From NCBI GenBank assembly GCA_002728565.1, contig PBUX01000064.1, forward strand, positions 29,529 to 93,528: a DNA stretch of 64,000 bases, read 5' to 3'. This DNA is from Methanobacteriota archaeon. Lineage in GTDB: Archaea > Thermoplasmatota > Poseidoniia > Poseidoniales > Thalassarchaeaceae. The notes beneath the pieces were generated by a model. It saw only the letters and a program-made list of their open reading frames with translations. It made no database searches and was not told the origin of the DNA. The stretch's first letter is position 1; each line of letters starts with the position of its first letter. Shown piece after piece: positions 22,617-31,100 of this stretch. Both the position numbers and the translations under genes were made by a program.

Positions 22617-22666
22617 ACAATGGAGATCTCGCCTGGCCTAGTGTGGCCGGGCGAGATCTCCATTGT
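22617..22666. repeat. 22-bp inverted repeat hairpin (terminator/stability element)
   Basis: ACAATGGAGATCTCGCCTGGCC-TAGTGT-GGCCGGGCGAGATCTCCATTGT. Confidence 0.75.
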
Positions 22667-22846
22667 TCTAAATTGACATAGTTTGTTCGTAGATGATGGG
22701 CACTTTAGCTTGCATCTAGGGCGATGTGATGCATTGCGCCTCGTGTCCCTAGAGCAGAAGGGCCTTGACCCCTCTCGATACTCTGTGCAACGTGCCCGCT
22801 TCATCTTTCGCGCATTTCACGCTACTCCCGAACGAGATTGAGCATA

Positions 22847-23338
22847 ATGAAGGAGCCACTGGTCGGTGTCGTAATGGGCTCCAAGTCCGATTGGCCCACT
22901 ATGTCGCACACGGTTTCCACTCTAGAGAGTATGGGGATCCCATGTGAAGTTAAGGTGATGTCGGCACACCGCACTCCTGATGTGGTTTCGGAGTATGCGT
23001 CAACCGCCGCAGGGCGAGGAGTTGAAGTGCTTATCGCAGCTGCGGGTGGGGCCGCTCACTTGGCGGGTGTCGTTGCTTCGAAAACGACACTCCCAGTATT
23101 AGGGGTGCCAATGGTCGCCTGGTCGCTAGATGGCTTGGATTCACTACTTTCCACAGTACAAATGCCACGTGGAGTGCCAGTTGGTACCCTGGCAATCGGG
23201 AAAGCTGGAGCGGTGAATGCAGCGATTTTTGCAGGACAGATTCTTGGCCTCAAACACCCTGAAATTAGCGCTGCTGTTCAATCAGATAGGTCGGAACGTC
23301 AGCGCCAAGCTCTGGCTGACTCAGACCCACGCGACTAA
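22847..23338 (+). CDS. purE: N5-carboxyaminoimidazole ribonucleotide mutase
   Basis: [32 protein letters not shown]. Confidence 0.97.
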   Translation: MKEPLVGVVMGSKSDWPTMSHTVSTLESMGIPCEVKVMSAHRTPDVVSEYASTAAGRGVEVLIAAAGGAAHLAGVVASKTTLPVLGVPMVAWSLDGLDSLLSTVQMPRGVPVGTLAIGKAGAVNAAIFAGQILGLKHPEISAAVQSDRSERQRQALADSDPRD

Positions 23339-23400
23339 CTGCGGCCAGTAAAATAACCGGCGGATCATATCCGACGGTTTATGGCTGAAGAGAGCTACCC

Positions 23401-23877
23401 ATGCTTGAAGAAATCCGGACCAAAATTGAGCAAGAGATATCCAAGTTGATGCATGAATTGAACGTGGAGCTTCCAGTACGTATCAAGATTGCAATGGAGC
23501 ATGGGGATCTCCGTGAGAATGCAGAGTTCAAAGCAGCGAAAGAACGACAAGCTTTTGTTGAAGCCCGCCTCGACCATCTCACGACGCGGATGACTGAGTT
23601 GTCAAAGATTGACCTAAGTGATCTGTCATATGACAGGGTTGGCTTTGGATCCCGGGTGAAGATCCACGATGTCGAGTTGAAGGAAGATTTCAACTTTACG
23701 ATTACTGCAGGTGACTTCATCGATTTGGATGCGGGCCAGGTCTCGCTTGAGTCACCGATCGGTAGGGGACTCTTGGGAGCGAAGGAAGGAGAGGATGTGA
23801 CCATAAATCTCCCAGCTGGTAAGCGGCTCTATAAAGTTCTAGCTGTCTCAACACTTCCGCAGCAATTGGAAGACTGA
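23401..23877 (+). CDS. greA: Transcription elongation factor GreA/GreB family
   Basis: HGDLRENAEFKAAKE, SPIGRGLLG. Confidence 0.88.
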   Translation: MLEEIRTKIEQEISKLMHELNVELPVRIKIAMEHGDLRENAEFKAAKERQAFVEARLDHLTTRMTELSKIDLSDLSYDRVGFGSRVKIHDVELKEDFNFTITAGDFIDLDAGQVSLESPIGRGLLGAKEGEDVTINLPAGKRLYKVLAVSTLPQQLED

Positions 23878-23958
23878 ATCTGGCATAAAAAATAGGGTTG
23901 GGGGTCACTAGAGTTCTGCATTGGGATTATCCAGTCGAATCATCTCCAGCCAGGGAAT

Positions 23959-24546
23959 ATGTCTATGGTTAAGACCCCATCTACGATGTTAGATCTTGGC
24001 ACTCGAGCCCCTAGCTTTTCACTTCCGGACCCAGTTACTGGTCGCATAGTCTACAGGGATGATTTTGCTGATACCAAAGGACTATTGGTTGCCTTCCTGT
24101 GTAATCACTGCCCCTTCGTAAAGCATATTGCCGATGAGTTCTCTGCGTTTGCGGCTGAGTACCAAGAGAGGGGGCTTGCAATTGTAGCAATCAATTCTAA
24201 CGATATCGAAACCCATCCAGAGGACAGTCCTGGACAAATGGTCACCGAGGCAGGTAAGCGCGGGTACACGTTCCCGTATCTCCTGGATGAGTCGCAAGAG
24301 ATTGCCAAGTCCTATCGAGCTGCTTGCACCCCAGATTTTTTCTTGTTTGATAATGATTTCAGGCTCGTATACCGAGGCCAGTTTGATGCGAGCAGGCCTT
24401 CTCTTGAGGCGCCAGTTACAGGTACCGACCTTCGAAATGCTAGTGATGCAGTCCTCGCTGGAATTGCCCCTACAGACCTACAAATCCCGAGTCTGGGCTG
24501 CAATATCAAGTGGAAGCCTGGTAATGCTCCCGACTGGTTTGGATAA
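23959..24546 (+). CDS. Thioredoxin-fold AhpC/TSA family protein
   Basis: CNHCPFV, AACTPDFF, SLGCNIKWK. Confidence 0.9.
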   Translation: MSMVKTPSTMLDLGTRAPSFSLPDPVTGRIVYRDDFADTKGLLVAFLCNHCPFVKHIADEFSAFAAEYQERGLAIVAINSNDIETHPEDSPGQMVTEAGKRGYTFPYLLDESQEIAKSYRAACTPDFFLFDNDFRLVYRGQFDASRPSLEAPVTGTDLRNASDAVLAGIAPTDLQIPSLGCNIKWKPGNAPDWFG

Positions 24547-24585
24547 AAAAAAGACGCCACCGGAAGTGCTGAACCGGTGACGTCT
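24545..24585 (-). terminator. Rho-independent terminator, minus strand
   Basis: AGACGTCACCGG-loop-CCGGTGGCGTCT followed by a U-run (A8 at 24545-52 on +); the stem mismatch becomes a G-U pair only on the minus strand. Confidence 0.8.
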
Positions 24586-24656
24586 AATTGTCGCAGCCCG
24601 GCGCGATGCCGGGATACGGCGCAAACACAGCGATTTAGTTCAATTCAGTTTGGCTT

Positions 24657-24719
24657 TTAGGAGCCGATCCAGGGATCGCTTGCCCGTGCCAGGCTGGACA
24701 ATGTACTCGGAATAGACAA
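24657..24719 (-). CDS. Putative 20-aa peptide MSIPSTLSSLARASDPWIGS
   Basis: TTG start 7 nt after GGAGG within AAAGGAGGTGATCC; TAA stop. Confidence 0.35.
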   Translation of the reverse strand: MSIPSTLSSLARASDPWIGS

Positions 24720-24789
24720 GGGATCACCTCCTTTTTCGGGTAAGACTTCGGGCGAAAGTTAAATCAAAACAACTGTTCCAACGCCGGCC

Positions 24790-24818
24790 ATGATACTCAT
24801 CCAGAATCCTGATAGCAA
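24790..24818 (-). promoter_or_regulatory. Sigma-70-type promoter for the putative sRNA
   Basis: TTGCTA-N17-TATCAT on the minus strand. Confidence 0.65.
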
Positions 24819-24941
24819 GGATGATTCAAGACACTATCGATTGGGTGATTCATCTATCTCCTACGAGATACAGTATACCTGAAGTGGAGTAGTCAGTACG
24901 GCTACTAGATCTGAGATGAACTAGCTTCTACCGGCCGATAC

Positions 24942-25613
24942 TTAGGCGTCTTCATAGGCTCCGTACAATAACCAGAGGCTATAGATGACTGCGACAGAGA
25001 TCCAGGATATGCCCCATAGCAGAGCTGGTATACCAGTGAGTTCAGCGAGCATCCGAGCATCCGACAGGGCTTCTGGTCGGTCGAGCACGTCACCCTTTAT
25101 ATCGAGGATTGCGTAAAGCGCACTAGTGAGTCCAAGTACGAACAACACTCCCCGGTTTATTGCCTGCCCAGTTTTTTGTGCTGCCAAGATGAGAGCGACA
25201 CCGAATAGAAGGCCGAATACAAGGCCGAATTCGCTCCGAATGTACATTAGGCTTAGTACGATCACTGCTACCCCAATCAAGCTATTTATCCATCCCGTAT
25301 TAACCCTCTTCATTCGCGCAACTGAAAATATCAAGCCACCCCAGAGAAGGCTCCCGAGGTATCCAGCTGAAAGCGTGAAGAATGCATTGCCACCGGAGCA
25401 ATAACATGCACCTCCCTGTTCTGCATCCAGTGTGATCCTTTCGATTGATCCTCCGGTTGCTAGAGCTGCGATGCCGTGGCTGATCTCGTGGAGTAGCACT
25501 ACAAAGATTTTGAGCGGATATATCACCGGAGTATCCCACAGGAACCAAAGGCCCCCAAGAAATACTGCGAAAACAGACAAGAAACGGACTTTACGGACAA
25601 ATTTCGGTTTCAT
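24942..25613 (-). CDS. M50B-like intramembrane metallopeptidase
   Basis: HEISHG, AGYLGS, SDA motif, multiple TMs. Confidence 0.9.
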   Translation of the reverse strand: MKPKFVRKVRFLSVFAVFLGGLWFLWDTPVIYPLKIFVVLLHEISHGIAALATGGSIERITLDAEQGGACYCSGGNAFFTLSAGYLGSLLWGGLIFSVARMKRVNTGWINSLIGVAVIVLSLMYIRSEFGLVFGLLFGVALILAAQKTGQAINRGVLFVLGLTSALYAILDIKGDVLDRPEALSDARMLAELTGIPALLWGISWISVAVIYSLWLLYGAYEDA

Positions 25614-25692
25614 CGGATATCACATTCTAAACGTCTCATACTGTGCAATGTTTCTTGATATATCTGCCGCGATGAGTTTTTGGTTTCTTCCA

Positions 25693-26754
25693 CTAACCCT
25701 GGGGCGATGAGAAAGTGAACTCATATTTGGCTCTCAGCATCGCATCGTGTTCAGCTAATTCATTCCGAGCAATCGTAGCATTCTGTGATGAACTTGCGAG
25801 AGCACCAAGAGCGGCGCTGGCGATTTCGGAAGTGCTTAGGCCATAGCGAAACCCTAAGGCTGTGGACCAGCGATAGGTGATGTCATCCCAATCCCGCTCG
25901 AATTCTATGATTTCCTCGGCCGGAACCTTGAGGTTTAGGCGAATAGCTTCGGCTAAAGCCATAGATTGCCGCACATTTCCAGTTACTCCGGTATCCTCCT
26001 CAAGCCAAGCTTGTAAGACTGCTGTCGGATCCTCGATGCGGTTAGCAATAGAGCGGGAAACCACTGAGCGTGCCTCGGGGAAAGGGACAATTTGCCGGTC
26101 CTCCAAGCGCAGGATGTGGTAGCCGTACTGCGTTTCTGTGACCGGACTGATCTCACCAGGTTGGAGGCTGAGAGCAGCAGCCCAGAATTCCGGGACCCAT
26201 GACCCTTCTCTTCCAGGTGTGAGAAGGCCTTCTCGTCCTTCGGCTCCAGGTTCCTCTGAGAGTTGCGACGCTATTTCGGCAAAGTCAGCACCCTCATACA
26301 GCAACTCCATCGCTCGTTCTGCCTTATCTCGCGCTTCCAACCGGTGTGGAGGCTCCCGCCAGCGTTCACTAAAAAACAGGATGTGGCGTACTGTGAGTTC
26401 CCATTCTGGATTGGTCAGGTAATGCGCCTCCAGTACTGCGTCATCAACACCGTTCTTTTTGAGCGTTAACTCAGCTGCAAGAATGTTGAGTAGCCGCTCA
26501 GTCTCCCATTTTTCAAGGAGTGGCTCACCTAGCTGACCTGTGCTGGAGTCTGCTACCGCGAGGGCGAGTGCAGTGAGTTGTGCAAGGGTTGTGCGGCGAG
26601 TTGGGGAAAGACCTAAGAGTTCGTCCTCCGTATATGAGATCGCCCCAACCGTGATGGCTGGTGGTGCGCTATCGCCACACGCACCGAAGACCGTCAGTAT
26701 CAAGATTACCAGACAAGATTGATTTGCCCGATGAAGTTGCGAGTAAGTCTTCAC
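25693..26754 (-). CDS. PpiC-type peptidyl-prolyl isomerase lipoprotein
   Basis: Lipobox FGAC; VRHIL, GADFAEIA, ETQYGYHILRL. Confidence 0.88.
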   Translation of the reverse strand: MKTYSQLHRANQSCLVILILTVFGACGDSAPPAITVGAISYTEDELLGLSPTRRTTLAQLTALALAVADSSTGQLGEPLLEKWETERLLNILAAELTLKKNGVDDAVLEAHYLTNPEWELTVRHILFFSERWREPPHRLEARDKAERAMELLYEGADFAEIASQLSEEPGAEGREGLLTPGREGSWVPEFWAAALSLQPGEISPVTETQYGYHILRLEDRQIVPFPEARSVVSRSIANRIEDPTAVLQAWLEEDTGVTGNVRQSMALAEAIRLNLKVPAEEIIEFERDWDDITYRWSTALGFRYGLSTSEIASAALGALASSSQNATIARNELAEHDAMLRAKYEFTFSSPQG

Positions 26755-28028
26755 CAGATCTTCATTGACGCTTCAAACAGCGATGTTAGATCCGATTCGT
26801 TTGCAGGCCGTGGTGAAAGCTTGGTCACCCGATGTTGGGGTAGGGTGCCTTCAACGAGTGCTGGAATGTCAGCAGTCGTATAACCGACTGCACCAAGACC
26901 ATTTGGGACATCTAAGATACGCATGAAATGAATCACACGATCAGCGAGTATTGCACCGGCGTCCTCAGCTGATGCTCTTGCTATGTCTGCTCCGAGGGCA
27001 GCAGCGGCCCGTAGATGTCTTTCGGGTGATGCAGGGGCCGTGAAGCGGACTACGGCCGGTGTATTTAGGATCACCGAGATCCCGTGGGGCACCATGGGAT
27101 GATCGACATCATAACCGGGTGGTATATAGCCAGAGACCATACCTGCTACTGGGTAGGACATACCGTGTGGGAGGTGCACGCCAGCATTCCCGAACCCGAT
27201 TCCTGCTAATGCTGCCGCTAGTAGCATTTGTTCTCGGGCCTCGACGTCTCCTGTGTCAGCAACTGCATTTGGCAGGAACTCAGCCATCAATTCGAGTGCA
27301 GTCAATGCCCAGATATCACTGATTGGATTTGAGCCCTGATAGGCAGGTCTCTCCAGAGGTCGTGGAGGCATCGGCCGCTCATTGAATGGCATCGCGGTAT
27401 ACGACTCGAGTGCGTGGCTTAAGACATCAAGACCGCTTGATGCTGCGACGGCTGGAGGAAGTGATACAGTATTATCAGGGTCAACAATACCCAGGGTAGG
27501 CTTCAGATGACGATGCGCGATTCCCGTTTTAGCGTGCTTTTCCACATAGTCAAAAATCGCAACACCTGTTGTCTCACTCCCGGTGCCTGCAGTTGTCGGT
27601 ACTGCTATGAGCGGCTTAAGAGGGCCAGGAACGGGTAAGCCTTTTCCAATCGGGGCGTTAACATAGTCGAAGAAGTCAGCGGGATGGGTTGAGTACAGAT
27701 TCGCGGCTTTCGCGGTATCAATCGCACTTCCACCACCAACCGCAACGACCGAGTCAAAATTCCCAGAGACTGCGAACTCAGATGCAGCCTTGAAACTGGA
27801 ATCTGTAGGTTCAACTGCGACAGCGTCAAAAACCCGGTAGTCAATTCCGTTCACTTCTAGTGACTCCAACACAGTTTCTCCAGCTGGAAGAGAGACTAGA
27901 GCAGGATCGATCACAACCATCGTCCGGCGCACATCCATCGCCACCAGGTCCATTCCGAGTTCATGGGTAATCCCGCGGCCGAATCGAATGTTCGAAGCCG
28001 CCATCTGGAAGGCTGTATCCTTTAACAT
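26751..28028 (-). CDS. Hydroxyacid-oxoacid transhydrogenase (iron-ADH family, ADHFE1-like)
   Basis: GGGSAIDTAKAANLY, VNAPIGKG, RPAYQGSNPISD, GVHLPHGMSYPV, VPHG. Confidence 0.92.
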   Translation of the reverse strand: MLKDTAFQMAASNIRFGRGITHELGMDLVAMDVRRTMVVIDPALVSLPAGETVLESLEVNGIDYRVFDAVAVEPTDSSFKAASEFAVSGNFDSVVAVGGGSAIDTAKAANLYSTHPADFFDYVNAPIGKGLPVPGPLKPLIAVPTTAGTGSETTGVAIFDYVEKHAKTGIAHRHLKPTLGIVDPDNTVSLPPAVAASSGLDVLSHALESYTAMPFNERPMPPRPLERPAYQGSNPISDIWALTALELMAEFLPNAVADTGDVEAREQMLLAAALAGIGFGNAGVHLPHGMSYPVAGMVSGYIPPGYDVDHPMVPHGISVILNTPAVVRFTAPASPERHLRAAAALGADIARASAEDAGAILADRVIHFMRILDVPNGLGAVGYTTADIPALVEGTLPQHRVTKLSPRPANESDLTSLFEASMKIW

Positions 28029-28153
28029 CGCCTTGACTGTTCAGTGAATTGGGTCGAGAACGTGGCTCTCTGGCTCCACGTGTGCCAGGTTGGCCACATA
28101 AGAAATCTGATTCATCACAAGTCTGCTCTCAGATAACCAGGGGAGAGGAGAGG

Positions 28154-28921
28154 ATGGGAAAGCTCGCAGGGAAGGTGGCTTTAGTTACGGGTGCGAGTCG
28201 TGGAATAGGTCGTGCGACGGCTCAAGTACTCTCAGAAGCTGGTGCGCAAATCCTGGTCGTTCACCGTGATAGCGCAGCAGGTGCTGAAGAGACTGTGGAG
28301 GGCCTTTCTGGAAAGGGACACCGGGTCATTCAAGCATCCGTAACAGATTCAGATGCGCTCAGAGCTGCCGCTGCTTCGGTAGCACAGATTGAGGGCCGCT
28401 TAGATATCCTCGTAAACAATGCAGGTACGTCAAAAGTGGTACCCCATCGTGATCTTGAAGCGTTAGACGATGAACTTTTTGATTTGATTATGAGCACGAA
28501 TGTACGCGGTGCGTTTGCAGCAGTTCGGGCGTTTCAGTCACTTCTAGCAAATGATGGTGGTGGTCTAGTGGTAAATATTTCATCACTGGCTGCGCGAATG
28601 GCGAACGGAAGTAATGTGGCGTACTGCGCCTCTAAGGCTGCGATGGATAATATGACGATGTCTCTTGCTAGGGCCCTGGCACCTGAGATCAGGGTTATGT
28701 CCGTGGCCCCAGGGCTTGTGGATACTGAATTCACTCGGGGTTGGTCGCCCGAGGTACGTCAGAGAATGATTGGCGATACTCCTTTAGGACAGCTGGCAAG
28801 CGTCGATGATGTCGCGGAAGCAGTGCTGGTTGTCGCGGCATCACTTTGTATGACGACGGGGGCCGTTATTCCTGTAGATGGAGGACGACCCCTAGGCACA
28901 CAGAAGAAAGTGCATACGTGA
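28154..28921 (+). CDS. SDR family oxidoreductase
   Basis: TGASRGIG, NNAG, YCASK; GGAGAGG RBS. Confidence 0.92.
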   Translation: MGKLAGKVALVTGASRGIGRATAQVLSEAGAQILVVHRDSAAGAEETVEGLSGKGHRVIQASVTDSDALRAAAASVAQIEGRLDILVNNAGTSKVVPHRDLEALDDELFDLIMSTNVRGAFAAVRAFQSLLANDGGGLVVNISSLAARMANGSNVAYCASKAAMDNMTMSLARALAPEIRVMSVAPGLVDTEFTRGWSPEVRQRMIGDTPLGQLASVDDVAEAVLVVAASLCMTTGAVIPVDGGRPLGTQKKVHT

Positions 28922-28982
28922 TGTCCCCTGAGTTTGCCTGTGGGGGTTGGACCGGGTGCGAGTTCAGCCCTAACGTTTATTC

Positions 28983-29714
28983 GTGACTCTAAACCTTCTT
29001 ATTCAGATTGAACCGCCTGGTGGGCTAACGGAGGCGCTTAGCCAGAGCCCGCTGTTGGCGATTGGGGCTATGTTTATCGCAGGGGTTCTTACCAGCCTAA
29101 CCCCCTGTGTTTACCCGATGATACCGATCACATCAGCTGTGATCGCTGGGACTGCAAGTGAGGGTCAGTCGAAGGCGCGGACGGTTGGCCTTACACTCAC
29201 CTACGCTGTTGGTCTGGCAATGCTGTATGCGATGCTTGGAGCAGTTGCTGGAGTCACCGGACAGCTTTTCGGGACGGTCAGTGCTAGTCCCTGGGCTCGT
29301 CTGGCCATAGGAAACTTCCTCGTAATTTTCGCTTTGGCGATGCTTGATGTTTTACCAATTCCTGTACCTCGGAAGTTGCTGGAGCGTGCTAGTCAGAGTG
29401 AAGGAGGATCCTACGGAGCAGTCTTTGTTATGGGTGCGATGTCTGGAGTTGTGGCAGCTCCGTGTGGAGCCCCAGCGTTTGCAGTTGCGCTTACCTGGGT
29501 GGCAGCGACTGGAGCGGGACTGATGGGTTTCGTTTACCTGTTCGTATTCTCATTCGGGATGACAGCGCTACTGATTGTGGTTGGCTTATTTTCTGGGACC
29601 TTGGCGCTTCTTCCGAATTCAGGAGCGTGGATGGTGTGGATAAAACGAGCCGCCGCTGTCATCATGATTGGGATGGCTGAATATTACTTTGTGCTAGCCG
29701 GCTACAACCTGTAG
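28983..29714 (+). CDS. ccdA: CcdA / DsbD transmembrane electron transporter
   Basis: SLTPCVYPMIP and AAPCGAP Cys pair, about 6 TMs. Confidence 0.85.
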   Translation: MTLNLLIQIEPPGGLTEALSQSPLLAIGAMFIAGVLTSLTPCVYPMIPITSAVIAGTASEGQSKARTVGLTLTYAVGLAMLYAMLGAVAGVTGQLFGTVSASPWARLAIGNFLVIFALAMLDVLPIPVPRKLLERASQSEGGSYGAVFVMGAMSGVVAAPCGAPAFAVALTWVAATGAGLMGFVYLFVFSFGMTALLIVVGLFSGTLALLPNSGAWMVWIKRAAAVIMIGMAEYYFVLAGYNL

Positions 29715-29722
29715 GGGAAACA

Positions 29723-30244
29723 ATGAGAGCAAATATCTCCATATTGCGACTGGCTATAATTGCAATAATTGCTGCGCCGGGACCGATTTGGGCACAGGTT
29801 GCCGGAGAGGGCTCTGTATCTCTTCCATTTGGGAGCGTGGCTCCTGGAGCAGCCCTGCAGGATCTGGAGGGCAACTCTGTCGATCTGATCGATTACATCA
29901 AAGGAAAACCGGCTCTCATCGAATTCTGGGCGAGTTGGTGCGAGCAGTGCGATGTGCTCCAACCACAGCTCGATCGTATCCAGGCAGAGCATGGTGAAGA
30001 GATTAAGATCGTTGCAGTGGCTGTTGGTGTCGCCCAAAGTTTGCGACGCGTGAAACGGCATTTCGAAGATCATAATCCTGGCTACCCATTCTTGTACGAT
30101 GCGCGCGGGGCAGCTGTTAGAGCGTATAATGCTCAGACCACATCGATCGTTGTAATGCTCGACAGTGACGGGAAGGTTGCTTACACCGGTGTCGGAACTT
30201 CCCAGGACTTGGTTGGGGCGGCTCAGGAGCTACTTAGACGTTAG
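29723..30244 (+). CDS. Exported TlpA-family thiol-disulfide oxidoreductase
   Basis: Signal peptide, FWASWCEQC. Confidence 0.9.
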   Translation: MRANISILRLAIIAIIAAPGPIWAQVAGEGSVSLPFGSVAPGAALQDLEGNSVDLIDYIKGKPALIEFWASWCEQCDVLQPQLDRIQAEHGEEIKIVAVAVGVAQSLRRVKRHFEDHNPGYPFLYDARGAAVRAYNAQTTSIVVMLDSDGKVAYTGVGTSQDLVGAAQELLRR

Positions 30245-30273
30245 CATCGAAGGTTTGAGTAATACCGATAAGA

Positions 30274-30321
30274 ACAGAGGGCCCCGACACACGGATAGGC
30301 GTCCATGTCGAGGCCCTCTGT
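30274..30321. terminator. Hairpin between convergent tlpA and peroxiredoxin genes
   Basis: ACAGAGGGCC.CGACA...TGTCG.GGCCCTCTGT. Confidence 0.6.
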
Positions 30322-30349
30322 ATTTCTGCCGCGAACCTAGAAAATCTAG

Positions 30350-30934
30350 TTAGTTTCCTTCTGGTTCCGGGGTAACTCGGTCGATGACTTCAGCAAGATG
30401 TTCGTAAGCCATCGGATCATTCTGATTAAAGCTCTCGATTGTCTCCGCAATCCGGCCGTCTGGCCCGACCACAATTACTGCTCGGCTATCCACCATGTTG
30501 TTTGAGCGGAGACCTCCACCAAAGGCAGCGTAAGTACCACCATTGTTAGAGGCATCGCTGCCGAAGAGAAACGGAAAATCCGCATCTTTCAACCACGATC
30601 CGAGTTCACTTTGTGAGTCATTAGAAACGCCTATAAGCACAACGTTTCGTCCTTCATTGAAAAGGCTTGCGTACTGATCACGGTACGCTGTCATTTGGAC
30701 TGTTCAGCCAGGTGTCCTGACGCGGAAGAAGAACGCGAGGACAACCGTTTTGCCTCTGTAGTCACTCAGGCGGATTGGCTCTTGGAGTAACCCGTAACGG
30801 GTCGCTCCAGGTAGAGCAAAATCCGGGGCCATAGCACCAACAGCAAGGAGCCCCGAGTCCTGAGCGCTGGCTTCTGCCGGCGCGCCCATCGCGATCACTC
30901 CTGCAAGAAGACCAAGTGCGATCAATTTGCGCAT
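30350..30934 (-). CDS. Exported selenocysteine-containing peroxiredoxin (AhpC/TSA, BCP-like), 194 aa, Sec at UGA 30704-30706
   Basis: Two in-frame ORFs joined across TGA give FFFRVRTPG-U-TVQMTAYRD, matching the TPGCT peroxidatic motif; signal peptide; SECIS-like hairpin. Confidence 0.85.
30669..30688 (-). promoter_or_regulatory. Bacterial SECIS-like hairpin
   Basis: GCGTAC-CGTGATCA-GTACGC begins 15 nt 3' of the UGA, with GU near the loop start. Confidence 0.65.
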
Positions 30935-31100
30935 CTGTGTCTGTCTCCCGGGTGTGAGGCTAATTCTAACGGTCAATATCGGTTGGCTTTGATCAGCGTG
31001 CCAGCCCCCTAGCTATGTAGGACTCGAACATTGATCACCCATCTTCAACTCTATTGACTAGGTCCGAGAGAGAGCTTTTACGATAGATCTGATATCAGGT

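Larger units (their letters stand above)
24545..24785 (-). ncRNA. Putative structured small RNA (6S-like rod) with 16S-tail complement and short ORF
   Basis: Own promoter and terminator; long-range stems read by eye; see findings. Confidence 0.55.

Noticed and set aside
24721-24735. GGATCACCTCCTTT as a 16S rRNA gene fragment
   Set aside because: Upstream sequence does not match helix 44/45 of 16S; promoter and terminator point to the opposite strand.
30988-31004. TGGCACG as a sigma-54 promoter for the selenoprotein gene
   Set aside because: No GC at the -12 position.
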